Origin: a virus
Lineage: Duplodnaviria; Caudoviricetes
Virus record (IMG/VR): IMGVR_UViG_3300032954_000041
Span: 1 to 40,360 of that record
Length of the DNA stretch: 40,360 bases
Direction: 5' to 3' (one strand)
This document shows, piece by piece, positions 32,971-40,360 of the stretch. Under the pieces are notes generated by a model that searched no databases, was not told where the DNA came from, and was given only the letters and a program-made list of their open reading frames with translations. Positions within the stretch are counted from its first letter, which is position 1; every line of letters starts with the position of its first letter. The position numbers and the translations under genes are program-made.

Positions 32971-33114
32971 ATGAAATTCGCGCTGGCGATGCTCGTCCGC
33001 CCGCTACTGCTTCTGATCCTCGCCGCCGTCGTGCTCATACCCGCACGACTCGCCGTCCAGCGACACATGAAGGACGGCCGGCTGAAGCGTCTGTTACTGC
33101 GGCGCATATCCTAG
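32971..33114 (+). CDS. Small membrane protein antisense to the late operon (47 aa, not in the ORF track)
   Basis: Reads MKFALAMLVRPLLLLILAAVVLIPARLAVQRHMKDGRLKRLLLRRIS. GAGG RBS. Fills the gap exactly. Confidence 0.6.
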   Translation: MKFALAMLVRPLLLLILAAVVLIPARLAVQRHMKDGRLKRLLLRRIS

Positions 33115-34962
33115 AAGTCCCGGAATCGCCTGCCCTGCCTGCGCGCCGAGTGGTGTGAGTAATCCGTGCCGTTGCCAGAGTAGTTGCGCAGCCCTGCTGC
33201 CTTGCGGGGTGCGCAAGAGTGCCGCGGCCTTGGCCGGATCAAGCGCAGCCTGGGTGAGCTGCGTCATGATGTCCGGCTCAGCGAGTTTTCCGGCCCACTG
33301 AACCGGCCGCATCAAGGTCTGCCCGAGCGTTGACTGTGCAGCGCGTTCGCCCATGCCTTGCGGAAGGCCGAGCGGTCCAAGCATCTGCCGCAGCACATTC
33401 TGGCTGACGAGGTTCTGGCCGGTGTTCGATCCGACAGCGCGCCCGCGATCTGCAGCATTGGCGGCTCGCGCCAGCTGCTCGGCAATCTGCCTGGTGGTCG
33501 TCTGCTGCTGCGGCGACAGTACATCGGTCAGTTTCGCGGCGGGATTCCCCGTAACGTCTGCCGCGATGGCATCGCCGTTGCGCAACGCGGAGGCGAAGTT
33601 GTTGGCGTTGAGCCGCGTGTCCTGCCCGAAGTCTCCGAGGGCAGGAATCAGCTTGTTGCGAAGGGCCGTCCCGATGTCCATCTCATTGAGCGGACCCGAT
33701 GCCCACCGATACATATAGTCGGCACGACGCAGCGCCGGCACGTTCTTGCCAATCCAGCTGTTGAGATCAGAAAGCGTTGACTTGAGCGCACCGAGCTCAT
33801 GCGAGCCGATACCCTGCTGGGGACCGGCAGAAATCATGTCGTTCAGGCCCATCTTCAGGTACTGCAGCGTCTTGCCGGTCAATTGCAGGTCCTGAGGCCC
33901 GTTTGGCTGCGCGACATTGGGGCTCGACGTCAACATCGGCTCGCCACGCTCTTCGGCTAGTTGCTGCGCCCTCGTCCATGCTGATTTCAGTGAGGGCCTA
34001 TTGAGCAACGCAGTCAGTTGAGTGTCTGGTTCAATCTTTGCCGCAGCAGCCTGCTCATAAAGTGGGCGGCTGAAGTCGGCACGCAGCCCTGCCGTGTCGG
34101 CATATTTCCCCGGCGTGCCAGCGATGTCCTCAAGCGCCGATGTCATCGCGCCGCGGTTGGCACTTGCACGCGCGCCGAGCGCCGCGAGCGCTTCCGGCTG
34201 GTTCGCTACGGTACGTCCGAGTTGCGCGAGTCCGGCGTTGCCCGTCAGTTCCATCGTCGTCGGCTGCACGCCTGGCAATACGTTGCGGCCGGCGCTTTCC
34301 AGTTCCTGTGCAGCGGCCTGCGACGCTTCCGGTCCGCCAGCGAACGCCTGCAGGGTGCGCGCTGCGATGCGTTGCTGACCGCCCTTGAAGAGCGGCTCGA
34401 GTGCCGCCTTACCACCCTGATAGAGAGCGCCGACACCGCGGCCCGCAAGGATGCTGGCTGGCGCCAGCAAGCCGCCAAGACCGGTATTCAGGGCCGTTTC
34501 CAGCGTCCCCGTCGAGGGCTGCAATAGCCCAAGCCCAGTCCCGATCGCTGCGGAACCGGCAATCGTGTTGGCTCCGGGGATGAACGCCGCCGGCAGGAGA
34601 TCGGCTCCCGTGCCGATGATGTTGCCCCACTTGCCGGCTCCGGTCTGCATGAGTGCGGCATCGCGCGCTCTGGCATCGGCAACGTCCTGACGCGATACGG
34701 CTCCGACCAATTGCCCTGCGCCGCGCCCGAGATCCACGGCCGCTTTGCCGTAGCCCGCCGCGAACTTCTGCGGGCCGGTCATGCCGGAAGTCGCACCATA
34801 CTTCGCCTGGTAGGCAGGCGATGTTGGGTCGTATTCGGATGGATCTAGCGGACGCTGTCCGCCCTGCGACCGGATGTAGTTGGCAAGCTGCGTCGCCGCA
34901 GCCGTGTCTCCGGCCGCATCGGCTTTCTGTAGCGCGGCATAGACTGGCGCGAGGTCTGCCAT
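33094..34962 (-). CDS. DNA ejection/transfer (internal virion) protein
   Basis: N-term 'ALQKADAAGDTAAATQLA', Gly/Ala-rich hydrophobic segments, position before the tailspike. Confidence 0.7.
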   Translation of the reverse strand: MADLAPVYAALQKADAAGDTAAATQLANYIRSQGGQRPLDPSEYDPTSPAYQAKYGATSGMTGPQKFAAGYGKAAVDLGRGAGQLVGAVSRQDVADARARDAALMQTGAGKWGNIIGTGADLLPAAFIPGANTIAGSAAIGTGLGLLQPSTGTLETALNTGLGGLLAPASILAGRGVGALYQGGKAALEPLFKGGQQRIAARTLQAFAGGPEASQAAAQELESAGRNVLPGVQPTTMELTGNAGLAQLGRTVANQPEALAALGARASANRGAMTSALEDIAGTPGKYADTAGLRADFSRPLYEQAAAAKIEPDTQLTALLNRPSLKSAWTRAQQLAEERGEPMLTSSPNVAQPNGPQDLQLTGKTLQYLKMGLNDMISAGPQQGIGSHELGALKSTLSDLNSWIGKNVPALRRADYMYRWASGPLNEMDIGTALRNKLIPALGDFGQDTRLNANNFASALRNGDAIAADVTGNPAAKLTDVLSPQQQTTTRQIAEQLARAANAADRGRAVGSNTGQNLVSQNVLRQMLGPLGLPQGMGERAAQSTLGQTLMRPVQWAGKLAEPDIMTQLTQAALDPAKAAALLRTPQGSRAAQLLWQRHGLLTPLGAQAGQAIPGLLGYAPQ

Positions 34963-36555
34963 TTACTTGTACTTGTCGAGCAGCGCGGAGATTTCCGGCG
35001 GGTGTTGACCGCCTGCGCCACCACCCAGCTGCTGCTGCGCCGCCGGAGAGAGCAATGTGTCGAAGTCATCGCGCAAGGTCGCCGCCTTGTACTGCCGCCG
35101 CAATCCCTCGAGCTGGCCGCCCATCAACTGCTTGTAGGTCGCGATCGCTCCCCTCAACTGTGCGGGAGAGTTCGCGCGATCGATGACGGCCGCGGCTTTC
35201 TCGCGATCGGCCTGCGAGCCGCCATAGCCGATGACGGCCTTCGTGACCTCGTCGGCGACGATGTTCTTGACGGTGTCGAAGTTGGTCGGCGCAGGAGATC
35301 CCGTCTCCTGCTGCCAGCGATTACCGATCGTGTTGAAGAGGCGCACGTTCTTGTTGTCGAGCGCATTGACCATCTCGTCGAGCGTGCCGAGATGGGATGT
35401 TGCGACGCTGAGTGAGCGCACCGTATCGCCCTGCTTGCCGCTCGTGAACTGCGAGAGTCCGCGCTGGGAGGCCGCGAACTGCTGCGCCTGGTATTGTGGA
35501 TTGATCTGCATCACGCGACTCAGCACCGCCTGTCCGAACGGCGTCTTGATCGCAAAGCCGGTGAGCGGCGCCAACTGGTAGTTAGCAATGGCTGCAGCGG
35601 TCTGCTCGACGCTGTTGGGGTCATAGGCAAGCGATGCGTTGAACGCCTGCGCGCCGGAGGCTTTCGACGCCGGCACGTAGATCGGCGTCTTGCCATCTGG
35701 GCCGATGACCTGGTGCAGCGGCTCCTCTGCCTTCACCTGCGTCACCTTCCGCGTGACTGGCGAGCGCTGGTACAGCGAGCCGAGAGGTCCGGGGATATCC
35801 TCCTCTGGAACGACCGGCGCCTCGCTCGGAAGTCCCAACGGCGAGCTGATCTCATTGCGTCGGAACGTGAACGCGGTGCGGATGCTCTGGTCGTTCAGGT
35901 CCTTGACAGGGTCCATGCCGAGACGCTGTGCAAGGACCGGCCACGCCGCCTTGAAGTCAGGATCGGAATTCAGGTACTGCGTCGGCTTGTCAGACTTGAT
36001 GAGCGTATCGATCTTGGCGATGGCCGGCGCGTACTGATCCTTGAGGCGCTCGATCGTTGCCTTGCGCTTTTCCTCATCGGCAGTGATGAGATTGGGGCCG
36101 CCCAGAGCGTAGAGACGTTGCGCGGCATTTAGGTTCAGGCTCGACTGCGGGACCTGCGGTGTGTTGAGTAGCGGTGACGGCGGAACATTTGCCAGCGTAG
36201 GTCCGCCAACGGCAGGCGGAACATTTGCCAGCGTCGGCCCACCGATTGCGCCCGGCATCCACGGCGGTACTCCCTGCGCCGGAGCGGCCTGTCCGGGCGC
36301 CGGCATGGGAGGAGCAGCTTGTGGAGCGGTGCCTGAACTGCCGTAGGCGTTATTCGCGGCATTCAGCATTGCCTGCTGGCGCTGCAACAGAAAGGCGTTG
36401 TTCTTGTTGACGTAGTAGTTCTGCAGCCCGGCCATCAGGCCATCGCCGAGGTTGCCGCCGTACTTGCCGGACGACATGATCCCGAGCCCGAGGCTCGTGA
36501 TGAGCGCCGGGTCCAGACCCATGAGTCCGCTCGGCTGCTGCGAAGGATCAGCCAT
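34963..36555 (-). CDS. Putative ejection (internal virion) protein
   Basis: Pro/Gln-rich linker with a GGPTLANVPP duplication and a helical C-term. Position fits. Confidence 0.65.
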   Translation of the reverse strand: MADPSQQPSGLMGLDPALITSLGLGIMSSGKYGGNLGDGLMAGLQNYYVNKNNAFLLQRQQAMLNAANNAYGSSGTAPQAAPPMPAPGQAAPAQGVPPWMPGAIGGPTLANVPPAVGGPTLANVPPSPLLNTPQVPQSSLNLNAAQRLYALGGPNLITADEEKRKATIERLKDQYAPAIAKIDTLIKSDKPTQYLNSDPDFKAAWPVLAQRLGMDPVKDLNDQSIRTAFTFRRNEISSPLGLPSEAPVVPEEDIPGPLGSLYQRSPVTRKVTQVKAEEPLHQVIGPDGKTPIYVPASKASGAQAFNASLAYDPNSVEQTAAAIANYQLAPLTGFAIKTPFGQAVLSRVMQINPQYQAQQFAASQRGLSQFTSGKQGDTVRSLSVATSHLGTLDEMVNALDNKNVRLFNTIGNRWQQETGSPAPTNFDTVKNIVADEVTKAVIGYGGSQADREKAAAVIDRANSPAQLRGAIATYKQLMGGQLEGLRRQYKAATLRDDFDTLLSPAAQQQLGGGAGGQHPPEISALLDKYK

Positions 36556-36559
36556 GCGG

Positions 36560-36892
36560 CTACCCCATCAGGCCAGCGCGCTGCGCAAGCAACTGGCTCA
36601 GCATCGCAGGCGTCAACTGCTGGCCGCCCGGCATCTGCCCCGGCACGACCGGACCCGGCATCTGCGGCGTCTGCACCTGCCCCTGCGGGGCCATGCGCCG
36701 CTGCATCTGCTGGATGTTCGCGCGCTGCTGCATCAGCGGGTCCTGCGCAGAGCCGATGCCGCCGAGCATCGCGCGACCTGCGAGCAATGCAGGGTTCATC
36801 GGCTGCTGCTGTTGCTGCTGGCCCTGTCCCTGCTGGAACACGGACTGCGCCGCTGCTGCCGTCGGGTTCTGTGGTGCTCCGCCGCCGCTCAT
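36560..36892 (-). CDS. Gln/Pro/Met-rich low-complexity protein
   Basis: GGAGG RBS. Packed in the ejection module. Confidence 0.6.
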   Translation of the reverse strand: MSGGGAPQNPTAAAAQSVFQQGQGQQQQQQPMNPALLAGRAMLGGIGSAQDPLMQQRANIQQMQRRMAPQGQVQTPQMPGPVVPGQMPGGQQLTPAMLSQLLAQRAGLMG

Positions 36893-36893
36893 G

Positions 36894-37700
36894 TCAACCT
36901 CCGGCCGCTGCGGCGCTCGAGAACAATCCGCTCAAGCCGCCCGCGTTGTAGATGCTGTTCGCCGCGTTCGCGGCAAGAAGGCCGCCACCGATCGCCGTGG
37001 ACCATGGATTGTTGTTCATCTGGCCGCTGCTCGAGCCGCTAGAGAACGGCGATGCGTTCTGGCCGAGCAGTCCCGAGTACCAGGACAGCGAGTTGTAGGG
37101 GAGCTGCTGGTTGTAGTTCCACTGCTGCTGGTTCGCGTTGATGAGGTTCTGCGTCTGGTTCTGAAGCCCTGAACCGGTTGACAAGAGCTCCTGACCAGGC
37201 AGGTAAGTCCCCGCATCGATCGACGGCGCGAGCGCGCTCGCCTGCGTCATGGCGTTCAGGCCCTGACCGTAGGCGCCGCCATACAACTGCGTCGCGAGGT
37301 TGTTCATTTCGTCGGATTGCACAGGCAGCGAGTTGATGACGTTGGAGCCTGAGCCGGCGAACTCCGTCGCAAGCTGGTTCTGCACGGCGTTCGCGGCTTG
37401 GCTGAACGTCCGCTGCAGGTAGGGGTTCATCGCGGGGTTCAGGAGCGCCCCGCTCGTCTCGAACATGTTTGCGGCCTGCGCACCCTGTGATGCGTTGGGA
37501 CCGCTCGCTGCGCCGACGTTGGACGCGATCCCCTGTTCCTGCACAGGGTTCAGCGGCGCAACCGTCTGGCCGGGGTAATACTGGGGACCACCCGAGCCGA
37601 GCAGTTTGCTCGCATCATTGAGCCCGGTCGTGTAGTAAGGCTGCAGCCACGAGGGAATCGTGGTCTGGACGGTGTTGGTACTGGTGCCGCCGCCGCTCAT
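36894..37700 (-). CDS. Putative ejection/pilot protein
   Basis: 'MSGGG.ST..QT.IPSWLQPY', 'YYPGQTVAP', 'NPYL', Gln/Asn-rich. Confidence 0.7.
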   Translation of the reverse strand: MSGGGTSTNTVQTTIPSWLQPYYTTGLNDASKLLGSGGPQYYPGQTVAPLNPVQEQGIASNVGAASGPNASQGAQAANMFETSGALLNPAMNPYLQRTFSQAANAVQNQLATEFAGSGSNVINSLPVQSDEMNNLATQLYGGAYGQGLNAMTQASALAPSIDAGTYLPGQELLSTGSGLQNQTQNLINANQQQWNYNQQLPYNSLSWYSGLLGQNASPFSSGSSSGQMNNNPWSTAIGGGLLAANAANSIYNAGGLSGLFSSAAAAGG

Positions 37701-37703
37701 GCG

Positions 37704-38252
37704 TCACCCCACCTTCCGCGGCGGGATCGTCGGGTACGGATTCGTGCTCGACGGGCTTCCGGTCAGGTACGAATACGGATTCGTGTTTGCCATGAAGCCC
37801 GGCCCCGCGAGCATCTGCGTCATCTGGTTGTAGTAGCCGCCGGTCAGAGGTTGCGGACGCGGCGTCGCATAGGGCTGCTGACCCACATACGACTGGTTCA
37901 TGCCTCCCCAGCCGGGCGTCGGTGGTTGCTGCCCGCTACCGCCCGGAATCTGCTGCTGTGGGAAGCCAGCGCCCATCGGGCGCATCTGCGGGCCTCCAGT
38001 GACTGTCGTCTGCAGGTTCTGTTGCCCGTAGGTCGGGCCGTTGAACGTGCCGATCGGATTCGTGATCTGCGAAGCACTCGGTCCGAACACGGACTGCGCT
38101 CCGGCATTGACGAGCGATGGGCCGCCAGTCATCGGGTTCAGATAGTTCGGCAATCCGCTGAACGGATCGAGGTACTTCTGGGTGTTGCCGCCAACCTGCG
38201 CAAGCGGGTCCTGCGGGTTCTTGAGCATTGCCTGTGCCGTACCGCCGCCCAT
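37704..38252 (-). CDS. Gly/Pro/Gln/Asn-rich low-complexity protein
   Basis: TGATG coupling. Lies in the ejection module. Confidence 0.6.
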   Translation of the reverse strand: MGGGTAQAMLKNPQDPLAQVGGNTQKYLDPFSGLPNYLNPMTGGPSLVNAGAQSVFGPSASQITNPIGTFNGPTYGQQNLQTTVTGGPQMRPMGAGFPQQQIPGGSGQQPPTPGWGGMNQSYVGQQPYATPRPQPLTGGYYNQMTQMLAGPGFMANTNPYSYLTGSPSSTNPYPTIPPRKVG

Positions 38253-38635
38253 CAGACGCCTGCCTGCAGGATGACGCCCTGCTGTTCCAACCCGATCACT
38301 CGCGCCCAGCCCTTGCGCCCGTAGGTCCGCACGACATCAATGCCGTGCTCCCTGGCCCACTGACGTCCGTACTCAAACGCCGCCTTCATCGCCTCTAGGT
38401 CGCTGCCGCCGCAGTAGAGGACGGTCGCGACGGTCTGCCGAGGGAACTTCACGATCTGCACGACGGCGGCCCACTTCCCATCTTCGTGCCAGAGGAGGTA
38501 GTGCCCGCGCGCGATCGCGAGCAGGACATCGAGCAGGTTTTCATCGCCCTGGTTGCGATCGACCGCCGCAGCAAGCCAGCGCTCGACCTTCGGCCATGTG
38601 TCTGCGAGAGCCTCGGGGGCCACGATGAGGTTCAT
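38252..38635 (-). CDS. Tail-module protein with a GNAT-like fold
   Basis: 'WPKVERWL', 'YGRKGWARV'. Follows the nozzle gene, as in many podoviruses. Confidence 0.7.
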   Translation of the reverse strand: MNLIVAPEALADTWPKVERWLAAAVDRNQGDENLLDVLLAIARGHYLLWHEDGKWAAVVQIVKFPRQTVATVLYCGGSDLEAMKAAFEYGRQWAREHGIDVVRTYGRKGWARVIGLEQQGVILQAGV

Positions 38636-40359
38636 ACCGGGCCGCCCGGCTGCACCATGAGTGTCGCGCCGTGCATCGCACTGGCATTCGTGGACGTCAC
38701 CCGTGCGCGCGTATACAAGCCTTGCCCTATCACTGGCGCAAAACCGCCGCCAAAAGCGTCAGGCGCTACCGCTGAAGAGTACGAGACCGACGCCGTCAGA
38801 GTGTTGCGGTTCCCGAGGGTGACGGTCGGAGACGTCAAGCTCCCGTTCGGACGCGCGGAGATGGTTGTGCGCGTATTGCCATCAGAGAACATGATGTCAC
38901 AGGACTCGAGATAGCCCGACGACGGCGACCCCGTCAGGAGGCTGTAATTGTGGGACTGGTCGAAAACGCCGAGCCGCTGCCTGGAACCGTCGTTGTCGCT
39001 CCATACGAGCTCCGTACTGGCCGCGGCACGGGTCCATCGGCCCGACAGCATGTTGTAGATCAGCAGCGTGTCTGGGAGCGTATTACCGCCCGTGGGGATG
39101 GCCCAGAAGACGCAGCGCTTCTGCGCGTCATAGCCGGAGCGGATGGCGGACAACGCCGATGTGTTGACGTTTGACCAAAACCAGTTGTCGATGCCGGCTG
39201 AATTGTCACTCGCTGTACCGATTGGAATGACGTTGGCACCGTCAGTCACGAAGAAGCCGGCGTCCGACAAGAAATACACCTGCGATTCGACCTGGACGGC
39301 ACCGCCGCGGGTCAGCAGCCCGCGCTTGCGCTCATAGGTGCCCCAACTGAACACGACGTTGCCGCCCTGGTACGTCGCCCGAGTAATGGCTTCGCGCTGG
39401 AAGATCAGTGCGTAGAGCGGATAGCCTGCGATGAACATGATCGGGCCGAATTCGTACTCAAGGTCGTTCTGCCCGCTCTGCGCAGCGATTGCCGCCTGCG
39501 TGAGCGGCGTCGGCCAGCTCGTGGCATCTCCGATCGCAGACCAACGCAGGCGTGACCTGAACCCTTGCGCGCTCAGGCAACTGACCTGATGACCGTTGGC
39601 CGGGGGCGACGAGAACGTGACCGAGACGATGCCCGAGGCATAGCCGACCGTACCGCTGGCGATCCCGGTGCCGGAAATGACACCCGCCCCGTTGTCTACG
39701 CCAACCGCCGAGCCGCCCTGATCGGCTACCTGGATGGACGTCGGCATCAGCGGCGTGTTCGTCAATGTGCCGCTAAAGGTCACGGTCACGCCGTCGCCGG
39801 TACCGAGCACGACGGGAGTCATGTTCTGGATGTAGACGTCACCGACCATCACGAACTGCCCGACGACGCCGAGGGCTGTCCCCCAGGGTGCCGCCGTGAT
39901 CGGGGTCTGCGGGGCAATAGCTCCGGGTACCAGCGCATAGAGGTTCGCGAGTACACCGTTGAAGTTCACAATCTGCTGCGGGACGTACTGCGAATAGAGA
40001 TTCGCCCCGAACTGGCAGAAGTTGATATTCGTCGAGTTGCCGCCAGCGACGACGAACAACGTGGCCCACGCCGAGTTCATCCAGGCATAGAGACCAGTGC
40101 CGATAGACCCAGCAATGGGAATCGGCGTACCGCTCGAGTCGAGGAACGTGAAGGCTCCGACGCACTGCCCGGCAAGCGCCGGCGACCCGGATACGGCTAC
40201 CTGCGTCGGCAGGCTCTTGTAGACGCCGTTGTTGTGGTAGACATTGAGACAGTCCGCGCACGGCACCGGGATGGGTCCCGGCATCTGCGGCACCTGCACC
40301 GGGACGTTCGCGAGGTCAGGCGTCCACGGACCGAATTGGATGGTGAACGGCTGCGCCAC
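38632..40359 (-). CDS. Tail nozzle/DNA stabilisation protein (tubular protein B or P22 gp10-like)
   Basis: 'IQFGPWTPD', 'RLRWSAIGDATSWP', 'LIFQREAITR', 'VYFLSDAGFFVTDG', 'LLIYN...RWT'. Follows the adaptor across the circular junction. Confidence 0.8.
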   Translation of the reverse strand: MAQPFTIQFGPWTPDLANVPVQVPQMPGPIPVPCADCLNVYHNNGVYKSLPTQVAVSGSPALAGQCVGAFTFLDSSGTPIPIAGSIGTGLYAWMNSAWATLFVVAGGNSTNINFCQFGANLYSQYVPQQIVNFNGVLANLYALVPGAIAPQTPITAAPWGTALGVVGQFVMVGDVYIQNMTPVVLGTGDGVTVTFSGTLTNTPLMPTSIQVADQGGSAVGVDNGAGVISGTGIASGTVGYASGIVSVTFSSPPANGHQVSCLSAQGFRSRLRWSAIGDATSWPTPLTQAAIAAQSGQNDLEYEFGPIMFIAGYPLYALIFQREAITRATYQGGNVVFSWGTYERKRGLLTRGGAVQVESQVYFLSDAGFFVTDGANVIPIGTASDNSAGIDNWFWSNVNTSALSAIRSGYDAQKRCVFWAIPTGGNTLPDTLLIYNMLSGRWTRAAASTELVWSDNDGSRQRLGVFDQSHNYSLLTGSPSSGYLESCDIMFSDGNTRTTISARPNGSLTSPTVTLGNRNTLTASVSYSSAVAPDAFGGGFAPVIGQGLYTRARVTSTNASAMHGATLMVQPGGPV

Positions 40360-40360
40360 G
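40261..40360. repeat. Terminal direct repeat, right copy
   Basis: Matches 1-100 at 99 of 100 positions. Confidence 0.95.

Noticed and set aside
1-40360. tRNA genes, att site, stop-codon recoding
   Set aside because: I saw no cloverleaf with a T-loop motif, and there is no integrase. All three stop codons end coupled genes normally.

Overview
The window is an apparently complete, circular, GC-rich tailed-phage genome of about 40.26 kb. Positions 1-100 repeat at 40261-40360 with one mismatch, which looks like an assembly overlap. The gene set is podovirus-like (short tail, ejection proteins). A long minus-strand arm runs from a single XRE regulator (21338) through small genes, terS, terL, portal, an inserted fibre/appendage block, scaffold and major capsid. 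It continues across the junction through tail adaptor, nozzle, ejection proteins, tailspike and lysis genes, ending near 29699. A plus-strand early arm (21432-29777) carries an Erf recombinase, HNH nucleases and many tiny modular genes. I recognise no integrase, CI-type repressor, partition gene, replication initiator, helicase, primase or polymerase. Three observations stand out. (1) A structured non-coding region sits where lambdoid phages keep their replication genes, and it has a ColE1-like RNA II/RNA I/G-tract layout. (2) An Ig (He_PIG-like) domain is split and circularly permuted across two genes, suggesting a strand-complemented polymeric fibre with a beta-helix tip. (3) A cluster of small, mostly basic proteins between terS and terL shares two C-terminal tags (FExLGxE and RHRFA). 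All family assignments come from motif recognition by eye, not from database searches.
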